Below, piece by piece: positions 35,302 through 35,843 of a DNA stretch of 35,843 nt (its first letter is position 1; every line of letters starts with the position of its first letter). Origin of the DNA: an uncultured Cellvibrionaceae bacterium (GTDB lineage: Bacteria > Pseudomonadota > Gammaproteobacteria > Pseudomonadales > Cellvibrionaceae); contig CAZZEV010000002.1 in assembly GCA_964653305.1 (NCBI GenBank), forward strand, positions 1 through 35,843. Reading direction: 5' to 3'. The notes under the pieces are model-generated. The model searched no databases. It was not told the DNA's origin and saw only the letters and a list, made by a program, of their open reading frames with translations. The translations under genes were made by a program, and so were the position numbers.

Positions 35302-35843
35302 ATGGCAATTTTGGTGACGGGCTGCGCTGGCTTTATTGGTAGTAACTTTGTTCATGCTTGGTTGAAGTCAACCGATGAGTTGGTCATTAATTTAGACAAG
35401 CTCACTTATGCGGGTAATTTGGCTAATTTGAAATCCGTTGAGGGTGACAAGCACCACCTCTTTGTACAAGGTGACATTGGTGATAGTGCCTTGGTTAGCC
35501 AATTACTTGCCGACAACACCCCTCGTGCCGTGCTGAATTTTGCGGCTGAAAGTCATGTGGACCGCTCAATTCACGGGCCTAGAGACTTTATTCAAACCAA
35601 TGTGCTGGGTACTTTCAATTTGCTTGAGAGTGTGCGGGCCTATTGGCAAGGCCTGGCCGAGGCAGAAAAAAAAGCTTTCCGGTTTTTGCACGTCTCCACC
35701 GATGAGGTGTACGGGACGCTGGCGCCTACTGATCCTGCATTTGCAGAAACCAACGCGTTCGAACCCAACAGCCCCTACTCAGCCAGCAAAGCTGCCAGTG
35801 ACCACTTGGTGCGCGCATGGCACCATACCTATGGCTTGCCTGT
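35302..35843 (+). CDS. rfbB: dTDP-glucose 4,6-dehydratase, truncated by the window end (absent from the ORF track)
   Basis: Manual translation: MAILVTGCAGFIGSNFV...DKLTYAGN...FAAESHVDRSI...HVSTDEVYG...PNSPYSASKAASDHLVRAWHHTYGLP. Confidence 0.95.
   Translation, partial: MAILVTGCAGFIGSNFVHAWLKSTDELVINLDKLTYAGNLANLKSVEGDKHHLFVQGDIGDSALVSQLLADNTPRAVLNFAAESHVDRSIHGPRDFIQTNVLGTFNLLESVRAYWQGLAEAEKKAFRFLHVSTDEVYGTLAPTDPAFAETNAFEPNSPYSASKAASDHLVRAWHHTYGLP

Noticed and set aside
1-35843. CRISPR arrays, tRNA/rRNA, IS elements, prophage or anti-phage defence genes
   Set aside because: No repeat-spacer arrays, RNA gene signatures, transposase, integrase or defence domains were seen.

Overview
This 35.8-kb window is almost entirely one co-directional (+ strand) surface-polysaccharide locus, probably O-antigen/LPS, from what looks like a betaproteobacterium (taxon not provable from the sequence). 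A canonical ops (RfaH-loading) element precedes uppS and wzz. Next comes a pseudaminic-acid pathway (pseC, pseF, pseG, pseH, pseI, but no pseB), interrupted by three oxidoreductases and by a four-gene cassette: an SxtJ-like membrane protein, a 49-aa SxtK/DUF5989-like peptide, a NodU/CmcH carbamoyltransferase and a membrane-anchored SGNH protein. Further tailoring genes encode a formyltransferase, a PIG-L deacetylase, an AsnB-like ATP-dependent ligase, a methyltransferase and a GNAT/Fem-like protein. An AT-rich core holds a KpsS-like transferase, wzy and wzx, followed by fnlABC with a WbuB-like GT4 and a PGT/aminotransferase/dehydratase module for a bacillosamine-type sugar. A second, more GC-rich module follows (WaaL/Wzy-like, Wzx-like, GT4, WcaJ, partial rmlB). 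The most interesting signal is the carbamoyltransferase cassette. Its small peptide, missed by the ORF track, ends in FVYTLF, matching the DltX/AlgI C-terminal tyrosine acyl-shuttle motif, and it sits beside an SGNH enzyme with no MBOAT. This suggests an MBOAT-free trans-membrane carbamoyl relay for decorating the polysaccharide. All family assignments come from motif recognition by eye; no database searches were run.
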